64,000 nucleotides of DNA from Octopus sinensis (taxonomy: Eukaryota). The DNA lies in assembly GCF_006345805.1 (NCBI RefSeq), contig NW_021835992.1, forward strand, positions 310,430-374,429, given 5' to 3'. Shown in pieces: positions 12,891 through 25,288 of the stretch (positions are counted from its first letter, which is position 1; each line of letters opens with the position of its first letter). Below the pieces are notes generated by a model. The model searched no databases, was not told the origin of the DNA, and saw nothing but the letters and a program-made list of their open reading frames with translations. The position numbers and the translations under genes were made by a program.

Positions 12891-14162
12891 TATCCATGAT
12901 CACGAGTAACGGAGTTCTCGGTTTTGAAGTGTATTCCGGCTCAAAAAAATTTTTGTATCTCATCCAAATTCCTAGATGGAGTCCCCTCAAGAAGAGAAAA
13001 ATTTCCAAAAAGTAGAATCAATAATTAGTCAATTTCTTATCATTTTCGGTTTTGGGTTTAGTTAATAAAGTTTTTAATTTATTTGATGTCTAACCAATGA
13101 GTTATTCACAATAAAATATTGGCTTTGATTAGAATGTTTCTACTTGTTCTACTTTTAATTCACTTAGTGATCCAAAGCAATTGTGACTTAACACAACGGT
13201 TTTTGAAAAATTGCTTATTTGAATTAGACTTTTGGAAAACTGTAAATTCAATGGAGAAAATGCTGCGGGACATACAACATCAATTTTAATTTCTAGAAAC
13301 GTTACATTTCCAAATGGAGAAATATTCTCGAATTTAACAAACTTGAACCGATTGTAATCAACATTTTATTAACACTAGTCAATGTAATGAAGACTCACTG
13401 AAGAGAATACTAAACAACTCGTTTGATGGGTTGATTCACCTAAACTATATGTACATTTAAATATTTTGAATCATTAGATCACTATATCGCTGTAGTGGCC
13501 TTCGTTACCTGAATATAGATGCCTTTGCACGTTTAGTCGCATTATCATCTCTGTACAAATCTTATTCTAACATTAAAGTTACATGCCATTAAATGCCATT
13601 TTCCAGAAGCCAAGAATCAGTCGTCCCCTCCAAATTGCGTATTTTAACTTACTGACTTTGTAGTATTGATAAAAGCCAGAAAATGTGCATATTCACAAAT
13701 GAGTCCCAACCCATAATGTATAGTTATGTATTCACATATAAGGATTACGGTAGTAAAGAATAATCTAAATATTATTCTAACTGACAAAAGCGTAGAAATA
13801 AATGCAGGTACATTACAAGAGCCAGCACTAATCACTGGGGGAGCATATGGTGTGTTAGTTTACTCACAGTAGATTGCAACCTCTGCCGCCACCCTTTCTC
13901 AAGCAATCTTCTATGCTGGAAGGATTGCATTTAATTAAATATTCGGATGTCATTAATTAACTAACTTGATTATTCATTCTAATATTTCCTTGTTCCTCTT
14001 TTGCGACACCACTTGTCAAAAATTCTTTTTTAGATGCTATTCATGGATTAGCACAGCTTGGATGGACGTGAAATAAAATACAATATTCCCCTGCTTTAAT
14101 AAATGTGGCATTCCTGTAAAAATGTAATTTAAACGACAATCATGCAAACAATTTAGTGTTCA

Positions 14163-14748
14163 GAGAAAGTATCTGAACATGTCGCGTCCCAAATCAGCGA
14201 CTTGCCGAACTCAAAGGGGAAGTTGGATAGACCGGCAGGTCTTTTTCCGTCTCCCCTAGCAAGCCCAGCCGGTTCTAGGATTGATGAAATACCGGCAGCA
14301 TTGAGACCCCTCAAGACAACGTTATTTAAGGCTGTGTGGCGTGGTGCCCGCCCAGCACTGCGTCTTTGGGACGCGACATGTTCAGATACTTTCTCTGAAC
14401 CTAATCTTCCCTTGTCAGCCGTCGCAGCCGGTTCGGTGTCCCTTAGAACAGAAAAGCTTAAGATTGCGAAATATAGAGAACTCTCGGAGCGATATCTATT
14501 CGCCCCTGTTGCTGTCGAGACTTCAGGGGTTATTGGGGAAAATTCTTTGACTTTCCTCTATAAGCTCGGACGTCTGATCTCTCTGAAGAGAAATGACACA
14601 CGCGAGACGGGCTGGCTCCTTCAGAAGATTTCCCTTGCCATCGTACGAGGAAACTGTTTCTCCATCTACGAAGCGGGGAAGTCCTCTAACTAACTTTAGT
14701 TTCATTTTGATTTTTTTCGGTTAAAAGAAATAAATGTTATAAATTTCT
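14163..14748 (+). mobile_element. CRE-like retrotransposon insertion with 5' inversion
   Basis: 14163-14364 is the reverse complement of the upstream element region ([20 protein letters not shown]...DGKRP...[10 protein letters not shown]); 14365 onward is sense (WDATC...IVRGNCFSIYEAGKSSN*); 12-bp TSD ATTTAGTGTTCA at 14151-14162 and 14749-14760. Confidence 0.9.
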
Positions 14749-14825
14749 ATTTAGTGTTCATATCCTTCATGAATAAACTAGTCGATAATCACGTAACAGA
14801 GAAAGAATTTGTCAACTTAGACTTT

Positions 14826-15003
14826 CCTCAAAAAGCTGGGTCGTCTGATTTCTTGCAAGAGAAACGACACACGTGAGTGTGGATAGCTCCTACAGAGGAT
14901 TTCCCTTGCCATTGTACGTGGAAACTGTTTCTCCATCTACAAGGCGGGGAAGTCCTCTTGTTAACTCTCTTTTCTCTCTGTTTTCTTTTAAGAAATAAAA
15001 AAA
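14826..15003 (+). mobile_element. Short 5'-truncated CRE-like copy with poly(A)
   Basis: Paralogous to 14556-14690; A tail; 12-bp TSD AACTTAGACTTT at 14814-14825 and 15004-15015. Confidence 0.85.
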
Positions 15004-15177
15004 AACTTAGACTTTTAACTACCCACTGAAAATCTCAAAGAATAGGAGCTATAAAAGATTTGGGATATAGTCACGAACCATAGCTTCAGTCGACACACTT
15101 AACGTTCAGTGGCTATTTTTCGATTGTAACCAATGCTGTCAGATTTACTCGATGTAATTGTGAACAGAACACGTTGA

Positions 15178-16257
15178 GCGACAACTCGTCTAAGGCGAGT
15201 TGTCGCCTAACTCGCCTAAATTTATTTGGCGACAACTCGTCTACGAAGAAAAATATTTTAAGGGTAAATAAAATAAAATTTTAAAACAATTACTTTTTAT
15301 TCTGAACTTTTAAAGCAAATCAAACCATCAATTAGCTTAAAATAGCAATCTACTTCAAATTCATGCAAATTTTCACATGCTATTCTCAGTTCAAGTTTCT
15401 TTTTGCAGTCTGTCGCAGACACTCCATTCCTGTCGCATCAAGAAAAATTTTTTCAAATTTCAATAAAACATTTTCCACAGTGATGAAAGCTAAATGGTAG
15501 CATTTCCTCAATAATTTTCGTTCCCACGATGAAACGTCTTTGTAGGCTCCCACAAGACCAAGACATTGTATTTTCCGCCATATCATTTGGCCGAAATGGA
15601 AATTGCAGCCAAATACATTAGACGACGAAAAAACTGATTTTGTGGAGTTAATTAACCCCTTTTCAAAATCAATTAAAATAATTGCTGGTGAAGTAACAAC
15701 AAGTGTCTTTATTCCTTCAAATAATGCACAGTAGGCATTTTCTGTATCGCAAACTTCCAGGAATTTTAGGAATGGTCGGAACAAAATTTGGTATCAGTGT
15801 TTCTCTTTCCCGTTGAACGAGACGAGTCAATGAACGTTCCTTTGGCAATATTTTAATGACGTCAACATTGGCTCCAATGAGGCTTCTTGACACCACATTC
15901 ATAGTTCTGTCTTCTGACGCCTTTGCGGCATCTTTCAGGTCAGAAACTAGTTTCATGCTTTTTATTTCATGATCCTCAAAGGGGCCATGGTTATGAGCAT
16001 TTTTTGTGCTCAACTTGTTTTGAGCATCCACCGTGCACCTCGCCCTGCATTCTCGATTTCTGCACCTCCAATAGGTAAGACCGTCTTTTTTCTATCTGTA
16101 TTATACAAATATTTCCGGTGTAGTAAAAGTTTGCTATTTCTTTGGCTTTTAAGTGCCCACCAATTAGAAGGTATTTGTCGATAAATTGGCCAACACATCT
16201 GAAAAATCATTCCTAAAAATTAAATTTGAGAAAACAGAATATACAATAGTTAGGCGA
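15178..16257 (-). mobile_element. Mutator (MULE) transposase element, frameshifted and truncated
   Basis: FLYWCH-like N-terminus (RKKTV...RWMLK, HNHGP) and MULE domain ILIDFEKGLINSTKSVF...GCNFHFGQMIWRKIQCLGL; GCGACAACTCG terminal repeats. Confidence 0.8.
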
Positions 16258-16485
16258 TGAAAACAAGAACATGAGGAAAATGGAGAAATAAAACAAAACT
16301 TGCACTCTTTTAGAAGATACAGCGGACATAGTACAAACAAATTTCGACCTCTCTAAAAATCAAATTATACAACATGCTACTGAAACCGGTCTTATTGTAC
16401 AATTTTTCTACATAAAAAATACGTAAAAATCATATATTCAAAAACTTTAATTTCATTTTAGTCATACCTGCCTAGTGGAGACTTA

Positions 16486-17315
16486 ATGAGTCGTATTCAA
16501 CTATCAAAAATCGGGCAAAAAATTAAGAGAATCCCCACTAAAATATACCAATCATTTGAGGACAAGTTTGGTATAACAGAAATAAAACACACTCAGGATT
16601 ATATCAATCAAGTAAATCACAATTTTAAAAATTCAGGTTGAAAAAAACTTGATCGCACTGCAGCACGTGCGGTATGATTTACAAAAAAAATGGCAACAAA
16701 AACAAGAATCTTTGACTCACCTTCGACACCAACTCGACCGAATAGACCGTTCAAATCCAGAATACGTCAATCTAATAACCAAAGTAAAATATATTAAAAC
16801 AATAATAGGAACACGAATTATTGTTAAATGAACGTAAAATAAAGCAACAACTCGAGGACAGTGATCAAAAAGAAAGAAACGAATTTAATTCATTTTCTGC
16901 AGCTCTTCGGAGTAACCACGAAAAGGAACGACTACGTGCCGAGAGCACAAAATATATATCTTTGATTGGCTCGATTGTTGGTGCCCTGATTGGGTTATTT
17001 GCATCCTCAATAAACAACAACTATCGAACAAATAAACTTGTTTCTTCTCTTTCGTTAGCTTGTAATCATTTTGAGTGTTTGATGGAAGGAGTTGTGGAGA
17101 GATTGGAATCACTGGAAGGTCGATTGTCGAGTCAGTTGGAAAAGGATTGTATTGAGGGAGGGGTAGAAAGTGATGTGGGGGAGACAGACCCTGTCGGGGT
17201 ATTAGAGGAGACTATTTTCTATGAGCCTTCTTCCGAAATTACTGTTGAGTCGATTGCATTATTTTCATCACTATTATATATGGCTGCACTTTTATGCTTT
17301 TCGTTTATAAAATAA
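16486..17315 (+). CDS. CCDC51: CCDC51 / MITOK-like mitochondrial coiled-coil protein (5' end may extend upstream)
   Basis: LRHQLDRIDRSNPEYVNLITK|EHELL...ERNEFNSFSAALRSNHEKERLRAESTKYISLIGSIVGALIG matches the CCDC51 signature; two 25-nt introns; C-terminal TM segment. Confidence 0.85.
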
Positions 17316-17379
17316 TTGTCTTAAATTTACACAAATATATTTTCACAAAAATTACACTGCTTTTCTCCTTCATGTCCGC

Positions 17380-17700
17380 AAATGGTGATCTCAAAGAACA
17401 CAATATGGCTTTTAAACCTACCTAAAGATCAAAGAGGCGATCAAGTAATTTCTAATTTGGAGGACCTATAAAGAACAATCCTCGTTACTTTATACGAAAT
17501 GGGTGTCTGACACCTCCACTGACCTTACTTTTTGCTGTACATATATCTCTGTTAGGACTTTCTAGAAAATCTTATATGGCCTCGCATCTGATAACATCCC
17601 CATTTTGATTGAAATCAAACTAAAATCACCACGGGATATAAAAAAGAAATCATTTATCAATTACAGGCATGGGAGATAAGTTTCAACAACTTACGAAACA
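17380..17700 (+). mobile_element. APE endonuclease remnant of a Jockey/CR1-like LINE
   Basis: Decayed T(F/L)Y..G....DLTF and ASDNIPILIEI (SDH.PI-type) motifs. Confidence 0.45.
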
Positions 17701-18062
17701 ATCCTCCCTAAACTCCTATACTTCCTCGTTTAATTCAGTAGAATCTACAGTAGAATTCTGCAACATTTGTTTTGAGGCAGTATCACATTTCATATTAGAA
17801 AATTGTCAAATGAAACTCTTTCATCTCGTCTATTGGCTCAAGTACAAAACCAAATCAATTCTGGAGAACACTGCTGGGAATGTCTCTTTCAAAATCAGAC
17901 GAATCTCTTGAGTAAAGCAAGTAAAAAGTTGACCTAAAAAATTGACCTTTTAAAAGTCAATAAATGTTGATACAAATACTTCTTCACTAAATCTAACTGA
18001 AACAGTTGTCTCAGCAAATATTTTATTATATAAACTAAGTAATCCTACCTTAATAAATTTGT

Positions 18063-18131
18063 TGGTCTCCTCTAATACCCCGACAGGGTCTGTCTTCCCC
18101 ACATAACTTTCTACATCTTCCTCAATACAAT
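18063..18131 (-). repeat. Inverted partial duplicate of the CCDC51 3' coding region
   Basis: Reverse complement of ~17145-17212 (GATTGTATTGAGG...GACAGACCCTGTCGGGGTATTAGAGGAGAC). Confidence 0.75.
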
Positions 18132-18189
18132 CACCAACGTCCCATTTGTTGACTCGTTTTCTGCGACGGTTTCCAAAAAAGTCAGCTCA

Positions 18190-18480
18190 ATGTAACACAG
18201 AAATATCCTCTTTTTCACTAATAGAATAAAATACCCAACTGTTCAGGCTGAGGAGTTAAAGAAGAGAAAATATGTATGCATTTCGGACACCTTCAAGTTT
18301 GTTCCCCTTGCATTTGAAACCTCTGGAATCGTCAAAAAAGCTGCGAATCAATTTCTTTCTGACATTGAAGGAAAATTTCGACGAAAACTAACGACAGAGG
18401 AAGACTAGCTGGCTTTTCCAGCAAATCTTGGTTGTTGTGCTCCGCGGAAACTGCCACTAAAAAGCGGATTCGTTGAACTA
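18190..18480 (+). mobile_element. CRE-like RLE fragment, decayed
   Basis: AEELKKRKY...FVPLAFETSG...WLFQQILVVVLRGN. Confidence 0.6.
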
Positions 18481-18954
18481 ACCCTCGGGGTCTCGACTAT
18501 TTTTTTGTTACTTACTTTGTCTGTTCTCATTTGTAATAAAAATATCTGTATTTGACATTCCATATTTGTATGATAATTTGTCATAATTAAATAAAATATA
18601 CAACATATGCAATTTATTGGTGTTGTTTACCTGAGTCAATTTCTTAATATTCTTTTGGAAATGTTATACTGGTGAAACTTAAAAAATATCTATTTTTCAA
18701 TACTTTTAATCTCTTTTATGAAAACTATATTTTGAAATTAAATGATAGGTAAATTAAGGAAATTGAAAGTAGATTCACACCAATAAAGTCCTTAGTTGAC
18801 GATTATTAAGTGAGATAATTAGACCACAAAAAAAAAACGAGAAGGATATGTAGCGTGTTCAAGAATTTTAGTTAGTTTTCTTAATAAAAAGAAAGTATAC
18901 CGTAAAAAGTCTCGATTAGTAAAAAGTTGTTAGTATATTGTTAATTAAACAGTT

Positions 18955-19413
18955 TTACGGGAGTAAAACATTTTCAATGACATTTCCATCTAAATTCGTA
19001 ATAGGTTCATCTCGTATTTTAGGTAAATCTTCATTTGGGTTATTGTAAGATTTTTCGGAAATATTTATATCATGTTCATTTGTATATTTGTGAGAAACCA
19101 GTGAATTTTGACCAAATCGGTCCATTTCGGGAAAATTCATATTTCTATTTTGCTGTGGTCTATTATGAAATCTTTGTCTTGGTCTAGAATTTTCCAAATG
19201 ACCTCCAAATTTTCTGTCGAAATATTCTTTACGACTTTTGATATAATTCAAATATTTATAAAAATCTGGGTAATGTTCGGCAAGCTCAGACTCAGATTCA
19301 AACAATTCACGTTCAAGTGGATTTTCAAATTCTTCACCAAAATCAATCTCCGGTTTATAGAATCCGTGTATTTTTAAACTTAGTAGTAATACAGAAAATA
19401 AAAATTTGTTCAT
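18955..19413 (-). CDS. Orphan protein with a predicted signal peptide
   Basis: 152-codon stop-free ORF in very AT-rich DNA; N-terminus MNKFLFSVLLLSLKIHG; acidic then R/Q/N-rich body; no family recognised. Confidence 0.6.
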   Translation of the reverse strand: MNKFLFSVLLLSLKIHGFYKPEIDFGEEFENPLERELFESESELAEHYPDFYKYLNYIKSRKEYFDRKFGGHLENSRPRQRFHNRPQQNRNMNFPEMDRFGQNSLVSHKYTNEHDINISEKSYNNPNEDLPKIRDEPITNLDGNVIENVLLP

Positions 19414-20726
19414 TATTTACAGTTTTATCAAGCTCTTTATATAGTATTTTTAACGTCATTAATACGCAATGCTATATTTATTTACAAAACTAAATCAAGA
19501 TTTTGATGATATTATGCTTATTTCCGTCAAGCTAAATTACGAAAAATAAAAATAGTCATTAAATTACTCGTTTGAAAATTAACGATTTTCGGTGTTAGTT
19601 GTTTTTGTAAATAAAAAATTATCATATAATGTTTCTAAAAAGTGATCAGAAATAGTATTCGATTAGTAACAAATGATATTTTTTTCCAATACACGTATTA
19701 TCATTTTGAACATTGTATGATAATCTGAAACAACTATCATCAAATGATAAATATTTTTTATCTACAACAGTAATGATATCCGATAGTTTTTAATAACGAT
19801 AAGATGAAAATATAAAGAAATTTAATTCAAATCTAAAATTACATTTCTAATTTATCGAATTTTCTTTTTACAATATTTTGTATAAATAATACAATTTTTA
19901 GTAAAAAAATAAAATTTTACATCATTATTTTATCCACAAATCACCAGGTTAGAATGACAAAAACTCCCCAACTGACTAACTTATCCCAGACTTTTAAAAG
20001 GCGAACCTTGTCATAAAAATTGAGTAAAATTTACTTTGTAAGCATTGAGAATACGGAAATAGAAACAGGCCACCAGTTTACCATTGTTTCTCACTTTTGG
20101 TTAAGTTCAAACTCAACGGGGAAACTTAAATCTGTATTATTTTAAAAACCATTTTTACGGGATGTTACACAAATATCGCATAAATTTCAACATAAAGCTC
20201 CGCCGTAAGCAATTGAAAGTTCATAGAGAAATTCTTGGATAATTCTCTAGGCTTTCAAGTAAATGGATTTTTTAGTTTAGGCATTATAACAACAGTTAAA
20301 TGATAATCAGAGTAGTTGGAATTATAATATTTATATTAAAAAAATTTCTGAGGGAAAATTTAAAAATGACACAAAATTGACAAAGTTGAATTAAAAAATT
20401 TTAAACTGATGTCGGTTTTAACTTATGTATTTCTAGTATAGTTATAATAAAATAACTATTTTTGTTGAGTTGACTTTATTTACTTTTGGTTACCCTACTC
20501 ATTTGGTTGTCCTATCAAGAATACTCTTACCAATGTTTATCCAGACTCAGGCCAACATACTAATAAATCATTATGCAAAACTTAGCCAGATTCCAAAGAC
20601 AAAAATCTCTAGAACATAAACGGTCAATTGACGGTATAAACTCTTTCAATAATAATTTCAAGTTTATGTATTTGACGGAATTATTGGAAACTCAAAATAT
20701 TTTTGCCTATAATATTTATAAGTAAT

Positions 20727-21233
20727 CTTTTAATAACAAAACAACAAATAATTTAGTTAGTATTATGCTTATGATATATATGTAGCCTGGCGGATTGCCA
20801 AACTGTTTCCCCGGATAATTGCGATCGAGAACCGTTGCATTAGCCAGTCCGCCTCCCGAGGATCATGGGTGCGAATTGAGATTTTGGCTCCGAGCTTGCG
20901 AAGGAACTTTTCAGTTTTTGGACCGAGAGCACCCGACGTCTCCGCCGCTATCGGCACCACGGAAAACTTCTCCGAGAGGGCAGAATATTTTGATAGCTTT
21001 AAATCTTCAGCCTTCTTAGCTGCAGATTTAGCCTCCAGAGCACACAAAGTTAAATGAGAAGCAGAAAAGGTGTCCCAGCAAGTTGCATCTCATACGAGGC
21101 CTTTTCCTCCTTCAAAGGGGATAAGGGTCATCCCGTCAGGACGTTTCCCATCGCCACGGTCAAGACATAGCGGCACGTGTGCGGGACACATTGCCTTAGT
21201 CCGAGGCGCAGAGAGACTCCGATCCTTACCGCT
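20727..21233 (-). mobile_element. 5'-truncated CRE-like copy with internal deletion
   Basis: VPHTCR joined to LDRGDGKRPDG...PIAAETSGALG...WLMQRFSIAIIRGNS; 12-bp TSD TTTATAAGTAAT at 20715-20726 and 21234-21245. Confidence 0.88.
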
Positions 21234-21569
21234 TTTATAAGTAATTGAATTTAAAAGATACGACCTTTTTACAAAAATGGTTCTGAAGACGTTTCCGGAG
21301 AGATAATCAGAAATTCTTCCAAAGTTTTTAATAACTCTAATAACAAAATTCTCGAAATTAATATTAATGATGTAACAATCATTGAATTCACAGAAAGTGA
21401 AAAATTTATGAAATATTAAATTTCCTCAGAAGATTCAGAAAATACAAGACACGAATTTGAAAAAACAAGACATACAAACAAAATAGATATTAAAGTTAGA
21501 TTAACTGCAATAAAGAGGAAACTTATACCAAATGTTAAGAATGAACATAAAGTTTCTCTAATTTCTTTA

Positions 21570-22250
21570 ATAACATAACATAACAATTCGATGCACTACA
21601 GTTATTACACAACCACTTTGATAAAAATACTTTTTTATACTTAAAAATAACTATAACATCAAGACATTATTCTGAACAAAATTAATCCAGTTATTCAATA
21701 CTATTCACGAGTTTTCAAAATTACATAAATTAAAGTTAATTCAAACATTTAATGATTTTGTCGAACGCAAAATAAAAAAATTCAATAAAAATACTTTTTA
21801 TAATTACAAAATAGCTATCACATTGAAGCATCATTCTGAAAATTGTTTATAAATTCGTACATCGTAGGCGACAGATACCAAAATCCAGAATATATTAAGA
21901 AACTCAAAAAACCACAATATTATTGAATGAGAAGAGTTAATGTCCCCATTTACAGTTCAATTCTTGTTTGTTTTGCATACTGAATATTGCATTTGCTCTC
22001 GACATGTGGTTATAAAAACTAACAAAATCAATATTTACAAACTTTACGAAGCCTTATCTTTCTCCTATTCCTTTTATTTTCACTCCGTTCATCCTGCTTA
22101 TACTGGCCACGGCGTCCTAAAGTTAAATTTGTAGTTTCAAACCTCTGAAACTCCACAAAACCATAGCCAGCACTTGCTCCTGTAGAACTGGATCGGATTA
22201 TCATTACAGCAATATAAAGTTAACTTATTCAGACAATCGGATCTATATAA
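21570..22250. repeat. Unclassified dispersed repeat; shuffled inverted homologue at 36840-37510
   Basis: Shared blocks TACTGGCCACGGC.TCCTAAAGTTAAATTTGTAGTTTCAAACCTCTGAAACTCCA and GATAAAAATACTTTTTATACTTAAAAATAACTAT. Confidence 0.7.
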
Positions 22251-22559
22251 ACCGTGACTAATAAAAAACTCCCACTGACTGCTCTTATTTCCCTCGATCA
22301 GTGATATTATTTTATGTAGGCATCTCTAAAATACATTAATGATTAGAAAACAAATTAATGCCGTTTCTGTCGACTGTTCTTATAGGCTCTGAGCTGATTC
22401 CCTTAATTTTTTAAACTTAAAAATACTTTTTAATTCATGGGTATTACAGAATATTAAAATTTATTAAATGGCACCATGACTTTTTGAGCCCGCATGCTTT
22501 TATTTGCATCTAAAAAAATTAAGAAAAGACATGAAAATTCGCTTTGAAAATTCACCAAA

Positions 22560-23025
22560 TTAAAAATTTTTTGTTCGGTCCATAAATTTATTTGAAACGT
22601 AATTTATCTCAAAAAATAACAGAAAATTTATTAAATCTGAATTATGATTTTGAAGCTAAAGTCAACAAACATGGATATCAACAATTCTTGATTACATATA
22701 GGAATAAATATCCTCAATTGTGGAATGAAGTTGAAACGCATTTCCTACAACATATCTAGTTGAAAGAATATTTTGTGCAGTCTCCAATATTTTGACCAAA
22801 CAAAGAAATAAATTGCAAATTGTGAATAGAGGAGATTTGAGACTTCATCTGTCAAATAGTAAAGCTGACATAATGAAACTAACAAATTCTCATCAGACAC
22901 AAGGCAGTCATTAAAATTTTTAAATAAAGTTTTGTTTATGAATATTTTTAATCATAAGAAAATGCCGAAATTTTGAAGCATCAAAATTCTGTCAAAAGGA
23001 GGCGCTGAGTTAAGAACAACTGTTC
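22560..23025 (+). mobile_element. hAT (Buster/SCAND3-type) 3' end remnant
   Basis: YPQLW...LVERIFCAVSNILTKQRNKLQIVNRGDLRLHLS...HQTQGSH*; terminal GTTAAGAACAACTG TIR-like sequence. Confidence 0.65.
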
Positions 23026-23257
23026 TAACCGAAAGATAGTTCTAAATACCCAATCTTCCAAAGTTTTTCGATCCAAGTTGATGCATCACTATTGAAAATC
23101 AAGTCAAAATATTATTCATTTTTACGAAGTGTTCTTTTGTCAGCCGTGATGAAAATGTCTATTTTAATCCCTCTTTGACACACTTATTTCAAAAGACAGA
23201 ACTATCATAGAAACTCACGCCAGTAAAGTTCGAACAAAAAACAATTTAAGATTTTAT

Positions 23258-25288
23258 TTAGCAAGAATGAACAGCTTTATCAACAGTAGACAACAAGACC
23301 TTAGCACCACTACAATCCATCTTCCTGAGAGCAGGAATAAACGACCTCAACATACCAACAAGCCTCTCTCCCACATTGCATGAAAATAGACTAAGCATGA
23401 GTGTGACTACCCACCTGACAATCACAAAACATCCCCGATTACAAGCAATCCATTTCTCCACGACTGATTCGCTCATTTTGTCCATCAAAATCTCAGCAAA
23501 CCCACCTATAATAAATAATTATTGTTAAAACAAACCATGTGATGCACATATTAAATGTTTGAGTAATAAATGACCAGTTGGATGTTCAAATAAATCATCC
23601 TGTGTGGCCAATTCAGCCACAACCGAAAATATTTTAATTCGAATATCTACGAATATGTCCCAATACATCTCACCTCTACATACTCCACCAATATCATCAT
23701 TCCCCAAATCAACAATGGTCAAGGCCGCGACTAGAAACCACAATCTAGTCTTGCTTGTACATAACTTTCGAATGTGTGTCTCGATGTACTCAAATATGCC
23801 TATTCTACAATAAGAGAACAATCCTTTGGGGAGTTCATTCTCACATCCCTGTGGAATATAAACACACAATCTGACTGAAATAGTTCTGAGAGACCCGGGG
23901 ACCAGTCGTTCGTCAGTAGGGAGGAGGATAAATGCCAATACTCTAAATCCATATTTGTCCTCCATCAATACATCAACCGAACTCATTAATTCCTATAATT
24001 TAAATATATCTCAAGTGGATTAACTTTAAATATAAATAGCAGTTGAGTGTCGTGCACGTGTGAGAGTAGTGCCACCAACACAAGGTGGCCATGATCATCT
24101 ACTGCAGCTCTACAAACAAAGGTCTTTAGTTGTGTGAGGACTGTCTCATGATCCTACAACATCAATGGAGGAGTATACCTTGGATGACCCCTCTTTAATG
24201 CATTTAATCGCCACCTTACTTCCATATAAAGTGTGCATTATATGAGGAAGACGCTCACATAGACATTCTATCAACTCCTATTTATTAATCACATGTTCCC
24301 ACATTTTTATCCGACATAGCACAGCAGTTGATGTAGTCATAGATCAGGCGGTGTACGAGAGATGACTGAAATGAGGCCCTGGGGGTATACTGAGTGATGT
24401 ACCGGTCGATCAAAGGAATGACAATCTCTTTGATGTGATTAAGCACTGACTCCTTATGGGACTGGGTCGTGTTGGTAATAAAGTCAGTCAAGGACTGTGA
24501 AGGACTGGTCTGTAGTAGTAGAAATGTGAATATACTCTATGAAGGGTGTAGTTAGGGCCAAAGAACTCGCACAGCATTTCATTCTGTTGTTGTTTAGTGG
24601 CTTCTTCGCTGTAAAACTGTTCTACAATCACGGAGGCTTCCTACTAATTTAATCACTCACTAAACAACCGCGTGTTTTATTAATTGCGGAATTTTCCCGC
24701 TCATGAATTTAAATATTGATAGCTTTTCTGGTTTACCACTAAAAAATAAATAATAATTAAAAACCCATATTTTAAAAATTTAAGAAGTATATGTTTCCCA
24801 TATTTCGAGAGCAACATATCAGGAACTCTCTCTACGAGCAATAAAAGGAAATAAAAACCTTTAAGCATGTCAAAAAGCAGCAGCCTTTGATGTTTGTCTC
24901 CAAATTTAATCACAGTTTGAACTATTCTGCTGGCACTTGCACACAAAATGTACTAAAAATGACCGAGGAATTGTACATCTGCGAGGGATGACTTGGCAGT
25001 GTTTATTATCTTGGAAATGAGGTTCTGTCGTTCGGATGGAGAGAGCTTTTTTCTGAAAAATATTAGTTTTTTATACCGACGAAGGGACTCCCACATGATC
25101 TTCAGTTTTTTGATCATTTCCTGTTTTTTAACACGGGGAGAGAGCTTTTTTTCTTTTTGTTGAATCAGAGGATTGTTTTGACTTTGTTTAGTTGTTTTGA
25201 TATTTTCAATTTTAGCTTTTTTTGGTTTTTTGACGTTCATATCGTTAATGCTTTTCTTTCTTTTTGCTCCTGTTTGTATTCGAGCCAT
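23258..25288 (-). CDS. PUM3: Pumilio homolog 3 / Puf-A / Puf6 nucleolar RNA-binding protein, multi-exon
   Basis: Basic N-terminus, MWESLRR, ASRIVQTVIKFG, SKYGKHILLKFLKY, HGHLVLVALL, EHPTGHLLLKHLI (CPL domain), WIACNRGCF; exact exon borders not all resolved. Confidence 0.85.

Noticed and set aside
14202-14693. 163-aa ORF as a novel N-terminal fusion to the RLE domain
   Set aside because: Its first ~55 codons are the antisense reading of the inverted element segment, a by-product of the 5' inversion.
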